From Candidatus Aldehydirespirator sp. (GTDB lineage: Bacteria > Actinomycetota > Acidimicrobiia > Acidimicrobiales > Aldehydirespiratoraceae), in assembly GCA_965220645.1 (NCBI GenBank), contig OZ244836.1:3072335-3136334 (forward strand): a stretch of 64,000 nucleotides of DNA, read 5' to 3'. The translations under genes and the position numbers were made by a program. The notes below the pieces were generated by a model, which made no database searches, was not told the origin of the DNA, and saw only the letters and a program-made list of their open reading frames with translations. Shown here one piece after another: positions 1 to 7,632 of the stretch (position 1 is its first letter; each line of letters starts with the position of its first letter).

Positions 1-20
1 GGCACGGCGATCGCGAACAT
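1..20 (-). CDS. 5' end of the next ABC permease gene (presumed LivM-type); only 6 codons lie in the window
   Basis: The ATG at 20..18 overlaps a TGA (22..20), opens MFAIAV and runs off the window edge. The position after livH fits livM, but the fragment is too short to verify. Confidence 0.3.
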
Positions 21-68
21 CACACTCGCTCCGTCCGGACGGCGAGGGCGAACATCACACTCGTTCCG
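13..68. repeat. 35-bp tandem duplication of the livH stop / downstream start junction
   Basis: GCGAACATCACACTCG(C/T)TCCG occurs at 13-33 and again at 48-68. Each copy carries the TGATG/ATGA-type stop-start overlap on the minus strand. Confidence 0.85.
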
Positions 69-942
69 CGTGGGCCACGTTGACGAGGCCGCCGGGTCGG
101 AAGATGAACAGCAGCGCGATCAAACTGAACACCACCCCCTGGGTCAGGGCGGCGGCCGTTCCGGGGAGCCAGGTGCGCAGCATGACCTCGGCGAGCCCCA
201 GGGCGAGACCCCCGATCACCGCTCCCTTGAGGCTTCCGAGTCCGCCGATGAGAGCGGCCAGCACACCGCTGAGCATCGGGTTGATCCCCGAGGTGGGCGA
301 GGTGTGGCCGGCCCGCATCAGCCAGAAGATCCCGGCGATGCCGGCCAGCGCTCCCGACAGGGCGAAGGCGCCCCGGATCACGCGGTCGGAGTTGACGCCC
401 ATCAGGCGGGCGGCGTCGAAGTCGGCCGCGGCGGCCCTGATCGACAGCCCGAACATGGTGCGCTGGAGGATCGCGGCGGTGAGGGCCAGCGTCACGATCG
501 CCACGATGATCACGAGGGTATCGAACAGCTCCACCCGTATGGGCCCGATCAAGAAGGTGTCGGCGATCCAGCCCGGCTCCGCGAACGTCTGGACCCGGGC
601 GCCGACGTACATCAAGAAGATGGCCGCCACCAGGAAGTGGATGCCGAAGGAGGTGAGCAGCTGGGTGAACTCCGACGAGCCCCGTACCCGGCTGAACGCG
701 ATCCGCTCGATGAGCACGTTGGTGACCACGGACACCACCACGATCATGGGAGCCACCAGGTACCACGACCAGCCGTTGTTGAACGCGGCGTAGGCCGCGT
801 AGCCGCTCACTGTGATCAGCTCGCCGTGGGCGAAGTTCAGAAGGTGCATCACGCCGAAGACCACGGCCACGCCCAGCGCCAGCAGCGCGTAGATGCCGCC
901 CCGCCCGAGTCCGTCGATCAGGTTCTGGACCAGCTCGGTCAT
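55..942 (-). CDS. livH: branched-chain amino acid ABC transporter permease (LivH-type)
   Basis: This is the C-terminal 295 aa of ORF 55..1272(-). From MTELVQNLIDGLGRGGIYALLALGV onward it is a multi-TM LivH/BraD-like sequence (NFAHGEL). The ATG at 942 overlaps the upstream ATPase stop (ATGA, 939-942). The longer N-terminal extension is Arg/Gly-rich and looks spurious. Confidence 0.9.
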   Translation of the reverse strand: MTELVQNLIDGLGRGGIYALLALGVAVVFGVMHLLNFAHGELITVSGYAAYAAFNNGWSWYLVAPMIVVVSVVTNVLIERIAFSRVRGSSEFTQLLTSFGIHFLVAAIFLMYVGARVQTFAEPGWIADTFLIGPIRVELFDTLVIIVAIVTLALTAAILQRTMFGLSIRAAAADFDAARLMGVNSDRVIRGAFALSGALAGIAGIFWLMRAGHTSPTSGINPMLSGVLAALIGGLGSLKGAVIGGLALGLAEVMLRTWLPGTAAALTQGVVFSLIALLFIFRPGGLVNVAHAERV

Positions 943-1652
943 CCGGCGCTCCCCCGTACGAAGGTGTCGAAGAGGTCGGTCTCGGTGAGAAGCCCCGAGC
1001 CGGCGCCGTGACCCACCACCGCGCCGCTTCTTAGCACGTAGGCACGGTCGGCGACATCCAGCATCCGGGCTGCGTTCTGCTCCACCACCAGCAGGGTCCG
1101 GCCGCGGTCGCGCAGCTCCGTGAGCAACTCGAACACGGTGTCGACGAGCACGGGGGCCAACCCCAGCGAGGGCTCGTCCATCAGCAGCAGCCTCGGCCGG
1201 CACATCAGCGCCCTGGCGATGGCGAGCTGCTGGGCCTCGCCGCCCGACAGGTAGCCGGCCATCGTGTCCCACCGGCTCCGGAGGAACGGGAACACCTCGG
1301 CGACTTCCTCGAGCATCTCGGCGCGCTCCGCCACCGACAGGGTCACGCCTCCGATCCGCAGGTTCTCGGCCACGGTGAAGTCGACGAAGATGCGGCGATG
1401 CTCGGGGACCAGAGCCAGCCCGGACCGCAGCATCTGCTCGGGTGCGGCTCCGGTGACGTCGACGCCGTCGAACACCACCGTCCCTGCCGCTGGAGACAGC
1501 AGCCCGGCGACCGTGTTGAGCAGCGTCGTCTTGCCTGCCCCGTTGGGGCCGATGAGGCCGATCACCTCACCGGCCCCGACGGACAGGCTTGCGTCGCGCA
1601 ACGCCGAGATCGCCCCGTACCGGGTGGTCAACCCGGTCACTTCGAGCAGCAT
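939..1652 (-). CDS. livF: branched-chain amino acid ABC transporter ATP-binding protein (LivF-type)
   Basis: Walker A GPNGAGKTT, signature LSGGEAQQL and Walker B LLLMDEPSLGLAP are present. The LALVPEHRRIF segment is typical of LivF. Confidence 0.92.
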   Translation of the reverse strand: MLLEVTGLTTRYGAISALRDASLSVGAGEVIGLIGPNGAGKTTLLNTVAGLLSPAAGTVVFDGVDVTGAAPEQMLRSGLALVPEHRRIFVDFTVAENLRIGGVTLSVAERAEMLEEVAEVFPFLRSRWDTMAGYLSGGEAQQLAIARALMCRPRLLLMDEPSLGLAPVLVDTVFELLTELRDRGRTLLVVEQNAARMLDVADRAYVLRSGAVVGHGAGSGLLTETDLFDTFVRGSAG

Positions 1653-1706
1653 GGGTCTCGCCCCTGTCAGCGGCCGCTTCCGGTCAGAATCGTCGAACGG
1701 TGCGGC

Positions 1707-3275
1707 TCACCTCATCTCGACCAGGACATCCTGGCCGTTGACGATCCGCTTGATCGGGACCGCCTTGGGGGGCGTGCCGGTGGTGCCGACGTAGGTGATG
1801 GTGCCGCTGAAGCCCTCGAAGCCCTCGATCTGGGCCACGGCGTCGCCGATCTGCGCTGAATCGGTACAGCCGCAGTTGGCGATGCCCTGGATGCCCAGCA
1901 GCAGGGAGTCGACGTAGAGGCCCATAAAGCCCTGGCTCTCCAGCACCTCGCCGTCGTGGGCCGCGGAGTACCCCTGCAGCAGGCGGTCGTTGAGCCCGCC
2001 CGGCTCCACGTTGATGTGGGGGGTGTGGACGATTCCCTCGTTGTTGGCCTCGAAGGCGATCCCGGTGGCGTCGAGGGCGTCGGTGCCGATGTAGATGATG
2101 TTGTCGAACCCGGCCCCCTCGAGCTGGCCCCTCAGTGCGGTGACCTGGTAGCCGAGCGCGGCCGAGAAGAAGGCCTCATTGTTCTGGAGGACCTCCGAAA
2201 GCTCGGCCACCTGGGCGGAGAAGTCGGTGTCCACGAACCACTCGTAGGTGTGCTCGCCGACGATCTCGCCGCCCCCAGCCTCGAAGACTTCCTTGAAGAC
2301 GTCGGGGTTGTAGCCGGTGTACGGACCCGGCTGGGTGAACACGAAGGCCCGGGTGAGGCCCTGGTCGAGGGCCCATCCGGCCGCCGCGCTGGACTGGCCC
2401 CGGTCGTCGAAGCTCACCAGGAACGAGTTGTTCTCTATGTCGGACAGCGTGGGCTCGGTCGATGCGGCCACGAACACCGGAACCTGGCCGCCGGTGGCCT
2501 GCAGGATGGGCAGGGTGAAGTCGGCGAAGGGCGGGCCGATGAGGAAGTGCGCTCCCCAGTCGAGCAGCTGCTCGGCGGCCACACCGGCGGTGGTTGCGTC
2601 GCCGCCGACGTCCTCGACCCGTACCTCGACGGGCGATCCGTTGACGCCGCCGGTGCAGTTGATCAGGTTGGCGAAGTGGGGCACCAGCTTGGAGCCGGGG
2701 ATGTCGACGAAGCCGACCACATCGCTGAAGTCCATGGCCATGCCGACCCTGATCGGCTCGCCGGCCGGCGCGGCCGCGCAGTTGTTGAGGTCGGCGTTGA
2801 GCGCGGCCCTGATGTCGACGGCCTGGACCATCGGCTCGGGACCGGCCATCGCCGCCTCGGCAGCCGCGGCAGCCGCCTCAGCCTCAGCGGCAGCCGTCTC
2901 GGCCGCGGCCTGGGCGGCCTCCAGCTGTGCCTCGAGCTCCGCGACGACCTCCGGGTCCACCGATCCCTCGGCCTCGGCCATGGCGGCCTCCAGCGCCGCC
3001 TCAGCCTCCGCAGCCGCAGCCGCAGCCGCTTCGGCCTCCGCAGCCGCAGCCGCAGCCGCAGCCTCCGCAGCCTCGGCCTCCACAGCCAACGCAGCTGCCT
3101 CAGCCTCCGCTTCCGCAGCCGCAGCCGCAGCGGCAGCCGCCTCTGCCTCGGCCTCCGCAGCCGCAGCCTCGGCGTCGGCCGTGCCGGTGGCCGGGGCTGG
3201 TTCCTCGTCCTCTCCGCAGCTGGCGGCGAACAGGGCCACGACCGCTACAAGCGCGATCACTGACTTGAATTTCAT
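1707..3275 (-). CDS. ABC transporter substrate-binding lipoprotein (Leu/Ile/Val-binding family) with a long Ala/Glu-rich linker
   Basis: MKFKSVIALVAVVALFAASC is a signal peptide with a lipobox. GGAGGAGG lies 6 nt upstream of the ATG at 3275. The C-terminal 370 aa or so resemble type-I periplasmic binding proteins. The upstream part of ORF 1707..3386 is not coding. Confidence 0.85.
   Translation of the reverse strand: MKFKSVIALVAVVALFAASCGEDEEPAPATGTADAEAAAAEAEAEAAAAAAAAAEAEAEAAALAVEAEAAEAAAAAAAAEAEAAAAAAAEAEAALEAAMAEAEGSVDPEVVAELEAQLEAAQAAAETAAAEAEAAAAAAEAAMAGPEPMVQAVDIRAALNADLNNCAAAPAGEPIRVGMAMDFSDVVGFVDIPGSKLVPHFANLINCTGGVNGSPVEVRVEDVGGDATTAGVAAEQLLDWGAHFLIGPPFADFTLPILQATGGQVPVFVAASTEPTLSDIENNSFLVSFDDRGQSSAAAGWALDQGLTRAFVFTQPGPYTGYNPDVFKEVFEAGGGEIVGEHTYEWFVDTDFSAQVAELSEVLQNNEAFFSAALGYQVTALRGQLEGAGFDNIIYIGTDALDATGIAFEANNEGIVHTPHINVEPGGLNDRLLQGYSAAHDGEVLESQGFMGLYVDSLLLGIQGIANCGCTDSAQIGDAVAQIEGFEGFSGTITYVGTTGTPPKAVPIKRIVNGQDVLVEMR
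2841..3179 (-). repeat. coding low-complexity tract (Ala/Glu codon repeats), about 113 aa
   Basis: Residues 33-145 of the lipoprotein are almost only A and E (AEAEAEAAAAAA...). The antisense ORFs over this tract are artefacts of the repeat. Confidence 0.9.
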
Positions 3276-3411
3276 GGGATTGCCTCCTCCTGAGAGCGTT
3301 GGCGGCGGACCGTAGCACACCGACCGTTCGGTAGCGAACGAATTCAGGTACGGGCCTGAGAGCGTTCGGCGCGGACCGTAGCCCACCGCTCAGAGCAACG
3401 CAAATTTTTTA

Positions 3412-4032
3412 TCAAAAATGCAGAATGCAGCTATCGATGGCGCTCAGCAGGTCGTCGTAGGCGGTGCAGCAGGGGTACTGCGGGTGCTCGGCTCTCACAT
3501 TGTCCGGGGCCCGGAACAGCACTCCGGCATCGGCCGCGGCCAGCATGGTCATGTCGTTGTAGGAGTCCCCCACCGCCGCCACCCGGTAGTTGAGCGAGCG
3601 GAAGGCTTCGACGGCCCTGGCCTTCTGATCGGGCATGCGCAGCCGGTAGTCGGCGAGGCGGTCGCCCTCCACAACCAGTGTGTGGCACAGCAGCACGGGC
3701 CAGCCCAGCTGGGCCATCAGCGGGCGGCCGAACTGTTCGAATGTGTCCGACAGCAGTACCACCGGCATGCGCGACTGGAGTTCCCGCAGGAAGTCGAGGG
3801 CACCATCGAGAGGGGCCAGGCCCTCAACTACCTCCATGATCGTGGTCATGGTGATGCCAGCGGCGTCGAGGGCTGCGATCCTGCCCTTCATCAACACGTC
3901 GTAGTCGGGCTCGTCGCGGGTGGTGCGACGCAGGAAGTCGATGCCGGTGCGCTCGGCCACCGCGATCCAAACCTCGGGGGTGAGCACGCCCTCCACGTCG
4001 AGCACGGCGAGGGACTGCGACGGTGAGGGCAC
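3412..4032 (-). CDS. thrH: phosphoserine phosphatase / homoserine phosphotransferase, ThrH family
   Basis: LAVLDVEGVLTPEVWIAVAERTGI...TTRDEPDYDVLMKGRI...LLSDTFEQF...GDSYNDMTML matches ThrH along its length. The likely GTG start at 4032 overlaps the TAG of the upstream gene by one nucleotide (TAGTG). Confidence 0.85.
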   Translation of the reverse strand: MPSPSQSLAVLDVEGVLTPEVWIAVAERTGIDFLRRTTRDEPDYDVLMKGRIAALDAAGITMTTIMEVVEGLAPLDGALDFLRELQSRMPVVLLSDTFEQFGRPLMAQLGWPVLLCHTLVVEGDRLADYRLRMPDQKARAVEAFRSLNYRVAAVGDSYNDMTMLAAADAGVLFRAPDNVRAEHPQYPCCTAYDDLLSAIDSCILHF

Positions 4033-4496
4033 TAGTGCTCGGATCCGCTCATCATCTCCGCGGCGCGACGCCCTACTTCCTCGTCGTCGACATCCTCGAT
4101 GTGGGTGGCAACTCCCCAAGCGTGACCCCAGGGGTCCTCGAACTGCCCGGACCGATCACCATGGAACTGGTCCTCCACGGGCCTCAGCTCGGTGGCCCCG
4201 GCTGCCAGTGCCGCCGCGAAGGTGGCGTCGGCGTCCTCGACGTAGACGTACATCGAGATCGGGGAGCCGCCCACCGTCTTGGGGCCGATCACGCCCATCT
4301 CGGGGTACTCGTCGGACACCATGATCACCGAGTCACCCAGCAACAGCTCGCAGTGGCCGACACGGCCGTCGAAGACCATGCGGTGCCGCTCGGTGACCCC
4401 GAGGACCGCCGAGTAGAAGTCGATGGCCTCGGCCGCACCGTCCACGCACAGGTACGGCGTGATTCGCGGATAGTCATCGGGAATGGGGTTGACCAT
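4032..4496 (-). CDS. VOC/glyoxalase-family protein (PhnB-like)
   Basis: ITPYLCVDGAAEAIDFYSAVLG...DQFHGDRSGQFEDPWGHAWGVATH is the typical PhnB-like VOC pattern. Confidence 0.85.
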   Translation of the reverse strand: MVNPIPDDYPRITPYLCVDGAAEAIDFYSAVLGVTERHRMVFDGRVGHCELLLGDSVIMVSDEYPEMGVIGPKTVGGSPISMYVYVEDADATFAAALAAGATELRPVEDQFHGDRSGQFEDPWGHAWGVATHIEDVDDEEVGRRAAEMMSGSEH

Positions 4497-4569
4497 GGGG
4501 TGGAGTCCTTTCTAGGGGGATCACCAGACGACAGAGCCCGTCGGGCGTCGACGTCCAAGCGGTACCGCA

Positions 4570-5448
4570 TTATCGCCGCGCTGGGGTCCGCTTGCTCAGG
4601 CCGGCTCTGGCGCCGCCGAACCATCGGTGCCTCACAGCCTGGTTGGGTACGTCCGGGCCGGGGCGCGTCCAGTCGGCCGTGCCGCCACGGCCGTCGGTGG
4701 CGGCCACCGCGACCGTCCCGACCAGCGCCACCACGCATACGGCTGCGGTTCCCAGAACCAAGTACATCACCAGGATCTGGATCACGACGGCATCCACCGG
4801 GTCGACGCCCGCCAGCAGCAGGCCGGTCGTGGCACCGGGGAGCGCGATCAGGCCCACCACCTTGGTCCGTTCCACTTGGGGGATGAGGGCCGAGCGGGCT
4901 GCTCGCGGCGCCACGAAGCGCACCACCTGGCGGCGGCTCAGTCCCAGGGCGAGCGCGGCCTCGATCTCGCCGATCCGGTCGCGGCACAGCCCAACCGCCT
5001 GGTCCACGGCCAGCACCGCCGAGGGCACCGCGTTGCCGATGGTGATGCCGGCGATCACCACCAAGGCCGCCGGCTCGTAGGGCAGCACGCCGAAGCCGAA
5101 CGTCACTCCCAGGCTTGTGGCCGCCGACGCCAGCACTACCGCTCCGGTGACCGGCAGGAGCCAGGCGATGCGATGCCGGGCCCGGCGACGGACGACGCCG
5201 GTGCCGACGCCGACCATGACCGCCACCCAGGCCACCGCCAGCCAGCTCGCCACAGCCGATTCGAAGATCAGAGCCAACACCGCGCCCACTGCGAGCAGCT
5301 GGACCGCAGCCCGTACCGCGGCCACGGCCACGTCTCGACCGATGCGCAGGCCCAGAGCCCACCCCAACGCCAACGCAAGCGCTACTAACGACAGCGACGC
5401 CGCCACCACGGGCCAGCCGACTACGTCCAAGCCGCCTGCACCGTCCAC
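4570..5448 (-). CDS. ABC-type iron export permease, FetB/YbbM (UPF0014) family
   Basis: A multi-TM protein with the ITIGNAV...EIEAALALGLSRRQ...IPQVERTKVVGLIALPGATTG pattern of the YbbM/FetB family. The start codon is GTG. Confidence 0.75.
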   Translation of the reverse strand: MDGAGGLDVVGWPVVAASLSLVALALALGWALGLRIGRDVAVAAVRAAVQLLAVGAVLALIFESAVASWLAVAWVAVMVGVGTGVVRRRARHRIAWLLPVTGAVVLASAATSLGVTFGFGVLPYEPAALVVIAGITIGNAVPSAVLAVDQAVGLCRDRIGEIEAALALGLSRRQVVRFVAPRAARSALIPQVERTKVVGLIALPGATTGLLLAGVDPVDAVVIQILVMYLVLGTAAVCVVALVGTVAVAATDGRGGTADWTRPGPDVPNQAVRHRWFGGARAGLSKRTPARR

Positions 5449-5544
5449 CGCGCCATTGTGCCGCAGCCCGCGACACTCCTGCTTCTAGAGCCGTGCGGAG
5501 ACACAGCTACGCTCTTGAGTGAAATTACTCAGAAGTGGTGGCGT

Positions 5545-5877
5545 CTAGCCCTCGACCAGGGCGATGAGTTCTTCGTCGCTGGGGATCTCCACGCCGGGCA
5601 CGTAATACGTGTAGAGGCTGGCGATCACCTCGCCCAGGCCGGAGCCGTCGCCGGAGGCCAGCTCGGCGGTGATCACCGAACCGTGTATGTGCACCGACGA
5701 CAGCCGGCCGGTGGCCAGCATCCGGCGGGCCAACTCGTCGGGGGGGCGGTCGCCGAGGATCTCCTCGCCGGCCCGGTAGCGCTCGTGGCCCATGCCGGTG
5801 AGGGTACGGTTCAGCTCGAAGCGCACGAGGCCCGGTCGGGGCGACGAGGTGCGCAGGAAGGTGACGGGCTGGCCCAT
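5545..5877 (-). CDS. small NifU-N-terminal-like (Nfu_N-type) domain protein
   Basis: 110 aa with an ATG start and high third-position G+C. The resemblance to Nfu/NifU N-terminal scaffold-like proteins is weak, so the function is uncertain. Confidence 0.6.
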   Translation of the reverse strand: MGQPVTFLRTSSPRPGLVRFELNRTLTGMGHERYRAGEEILGDRPPDELARRMLATGRLSSVHIHGSVITAELASGDGSGLGEVIASLYTYYVPGVEIPSDEELIALVEG

Positions 5878-5889
5878 GGCGACTGCAGG

Positions 5890-6687
5890 TTACAGCCGCC
5901 CGCCCGGCGCGGGTGCGCCCCAGTAGGGGGCATCGAACAGCCGGGGATGATCATCCTCCGGCGGTGGCAGGACACGCGGCACGCCGCTCCAGCGCAGATC
6001 GTCCATGAACACCCAGCGGCGGCGGTGAATGGCGCACGGACCCCACGCGGCCAGCGCGGCGATGTGGCGGGGGCAGGGGTAGCCCTTGTTGGACGCGAAC
6101 CAGTAGGCCGGACAGCGCTCCGCGGCTGCAATCATGAGGCGGTCGCGAGTGACCTTGGCCACCACCGACGCAGCCGCTATCGACAGGCTCGACGCGTCAC
6201 CGCGCACGATGGTGGTGACCCCGGGCCGGCTGTCGCTCGCCCCGTCACCGTCGGCCGAGTCCGCCGGTGCGGCCATGAAGTCCCAGGACCCGTCCACGAG
6301 CACGTGGTCGACCTCGATGCCCAGCCCGTCCACAGCCCGCCGGGCCGCCAGACGCTGGGCGTCGGCCATGCCCAACTCGGTGCACTCCTCCACGGTGGCA
6401 TGACCGACCGAGACAGCCCGAGCCCAGGCCCGTATGCGATCGTGCAGCACCTCGCGCTCGGCCGCGGTCAGCATCTTCGAGTCGCGCACCTTGTAGATGC
6501 GCTTGTCGGGATCGGCGACCACGGCCGCCACGGTCAGTGGACCGGCCCAAGACCCCCGGCCCACCTCGTCCACGCCCGCCACCACTTCGGTGCCGCCGGA
6601 CCATAGGCCCCGCTCCACCCGCAGCCCAGGTGCCCGGCCCCGCAGGGCGCGCCGCAGAGGGGCGGCGGCGGGAGCAGTTGCAGCCAT
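5890..6687 (-). CDS. rnhB: ribonuclease HII
   Basis: VAGVDEVGRGSWAGPL...DSKMLT...IVRGDASSLSIAAASVVAKVTRD...NKGYP are RNase HII motifs. Confidence 0.92.
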   Translation of the reverse strand: MAATAPAAAPLRRALRGRAPGLRVERGLWSGGTEVVAGVDEVGRGSWAGPLTVAAVVADPDKRIYKVRDSKMLTAAEREVLHDRIRAWARAVSVGHATVEECTELGMADAQRLAARRAVDGLGIEVDHVLVDGSWDFMAAPADSADGDGASDSRPGVTTIVRGDASSLSIAAASVVAKVTRDRLMIAAAERCPAYWFASNKGYPCPRHIAALAAWGPCAIHRRRWVFMDDLRWSGVPRVLPPPEDDHPRLFDAPYWGAPAPGGRL

Positions 6688-6694
6688 CGACGCG

Positions 6695-6823
6695 ACCGTA
6701 GCCGCGCCGACTCAGTGTCTCCCGCTCTTGTGCGCTGCGCTTACGGGCCGCTCGGGCCACGGCCTCGCGGGCTGCACTCGGCGGATCTTCGTGAACCGCG
6801 ACGTGCCCGCTCGGCCTCTGGTC
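6695..6823. mobile_element. MITE-like dispersed repeat, copy A (5'-truncated)
   Basis: The core CCCGCTCTTGTGCGCTGCGCTTACGGGCCGCTCGGGCCACGGCCTCGC lies at 6721-6768 and the terminal CCGCTCGGCCTCTGG at 6806-6821. The stop of the DsrE-like gene (6822-6824) abuts this terminus. Confidence 0.7.
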
Positions 6824-7310
6824 ACAGGGTCCAGGTGGAGAGGACCAGCGCCTTGTCGCGCCAGGCCTGGATGGTGGCGTCGAGCACGTCGAGCGGGTTG
6901 AACGGGGTCACGCCCTCCATGACGTCGTCCTCGCGCATGCCGTACAGAGCGCCCATGGCGAAGCGGCAGCAGTAGACGGTGGCGCCCTCGTTGATGAGGG
7001 TCTGGAGTTGGCGGTTGTACCCGAGGTTGCCGGGGAAGCCTTCCTGGCCCACGGCCGGGTAGCCCCGGGCGGCGTTGGCCATGAGCACGGCCGGGCCGTA
7101 CAGCACGAACGTCAGCTTGAAGCCCTTGCGCTGTATGCGGGTGGCGGTGAGCATGTTCACCAGGCCGACCGAGCCCTCGAACGGCACCGTGTGCATGAAC
7201 ACGTATGCCTGGTCGCCCTCGTCGGCCTTGTAGTCGGGGAAGATCTTCTCCTCGATGTTGTGCATGACGTCGCCCTCTTGGGGCGGCGGGATGGTTACTG
7301 TCTTGGGCAT
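6822..7310 (-). CDS. DsrE/DsrF-like (DrsE_2-type) sulfur-relay family protein
   Basis: The ATG at 7310 is preceded by AAGGAGG. The sequence MPKTVTIPPP...VYCCRFAMGALYGMREDDVMEGV resembles the DsrE-like family that commonly sits next to CoA-disulfide reductases. Confidence 0.75.
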   Translation of the reverse strand: MPKTVTIPPPQEGDVMHNIEEKIFPDYKADEGDQAYVFMHTVPFEGSVGLVNMLTATRIQRKGFKLTFVLYGPAVLMANAARGYPAVGQEGFPGNLGYNRQLQTLINEGATVYCCRFAMGALYGMREDDVMEGVTPFNPLDVLDATIQAWRDKALVLSTWTL

Positions 7311-7353
7311 ATTCGCCTCCTTGTTGTTGTTGTGGGTCGCTGGTCGATGGGTC

Positions 7354-7614
7354 TCAGACTGCCGGTCCCCGAGGCCGGCTCGACGTGACGGGCCAGTCCT
7401 TTCGGTGTGACCCCGGCAGCGCGGCGATGACGCGCCGCCGCACACCCCAGGGCAGCCGACGGTACGCCGGCGCGAACACTTGCATCCAGAAGCGCTCGCG
7501 CCAGCCGCGGGCCCTCTCCGGCGCCCTGGCGCCGTAGCGAGCACCGATACGCCGCTGGGCGTCGATCGCCAGGTAGTGCTCCGAGTTGGAGCGAAGCCAC
7601 TGCGGGAATCCCAT
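7354..7614 (-). CDS. hypothetical small basic protein (86 aa)
   Basis: It starts with ATG 19 nt after the upstream stop. Codon third positions are almost all G/C, like real genes here. It sits between two co-directional genes. I recognise no domain. Confidence 0.5.
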   Translation of the reverse strand: MGFPQWLRSNSEHYLAIDAQRRIGARYGARAPERARGWRERFWMQVFAPAYRRLPWGVRRRVIAALPGSHRKDWPVTSSRPRGPAV

Positions 7615-7632
7615 GACGGCGCCGCCCGACCC

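Noticed and set aside
3412-4119. Longer ORF-track versions of several genes. Examples are thrH to 4119, livH to 1272, SBP to 3386 and 26627, leuA to 55412, the ABC-2 permease to 60281 and the CysQ-like gene to 47396.
   Set aside because: The extensions are Arg/Gly/Pro-rich, overlap upstream genes or repeats, and lack homology-like sequence. Internal starts with an SD sequence or an ATGA/GTGA/TGATG coupling fit better.
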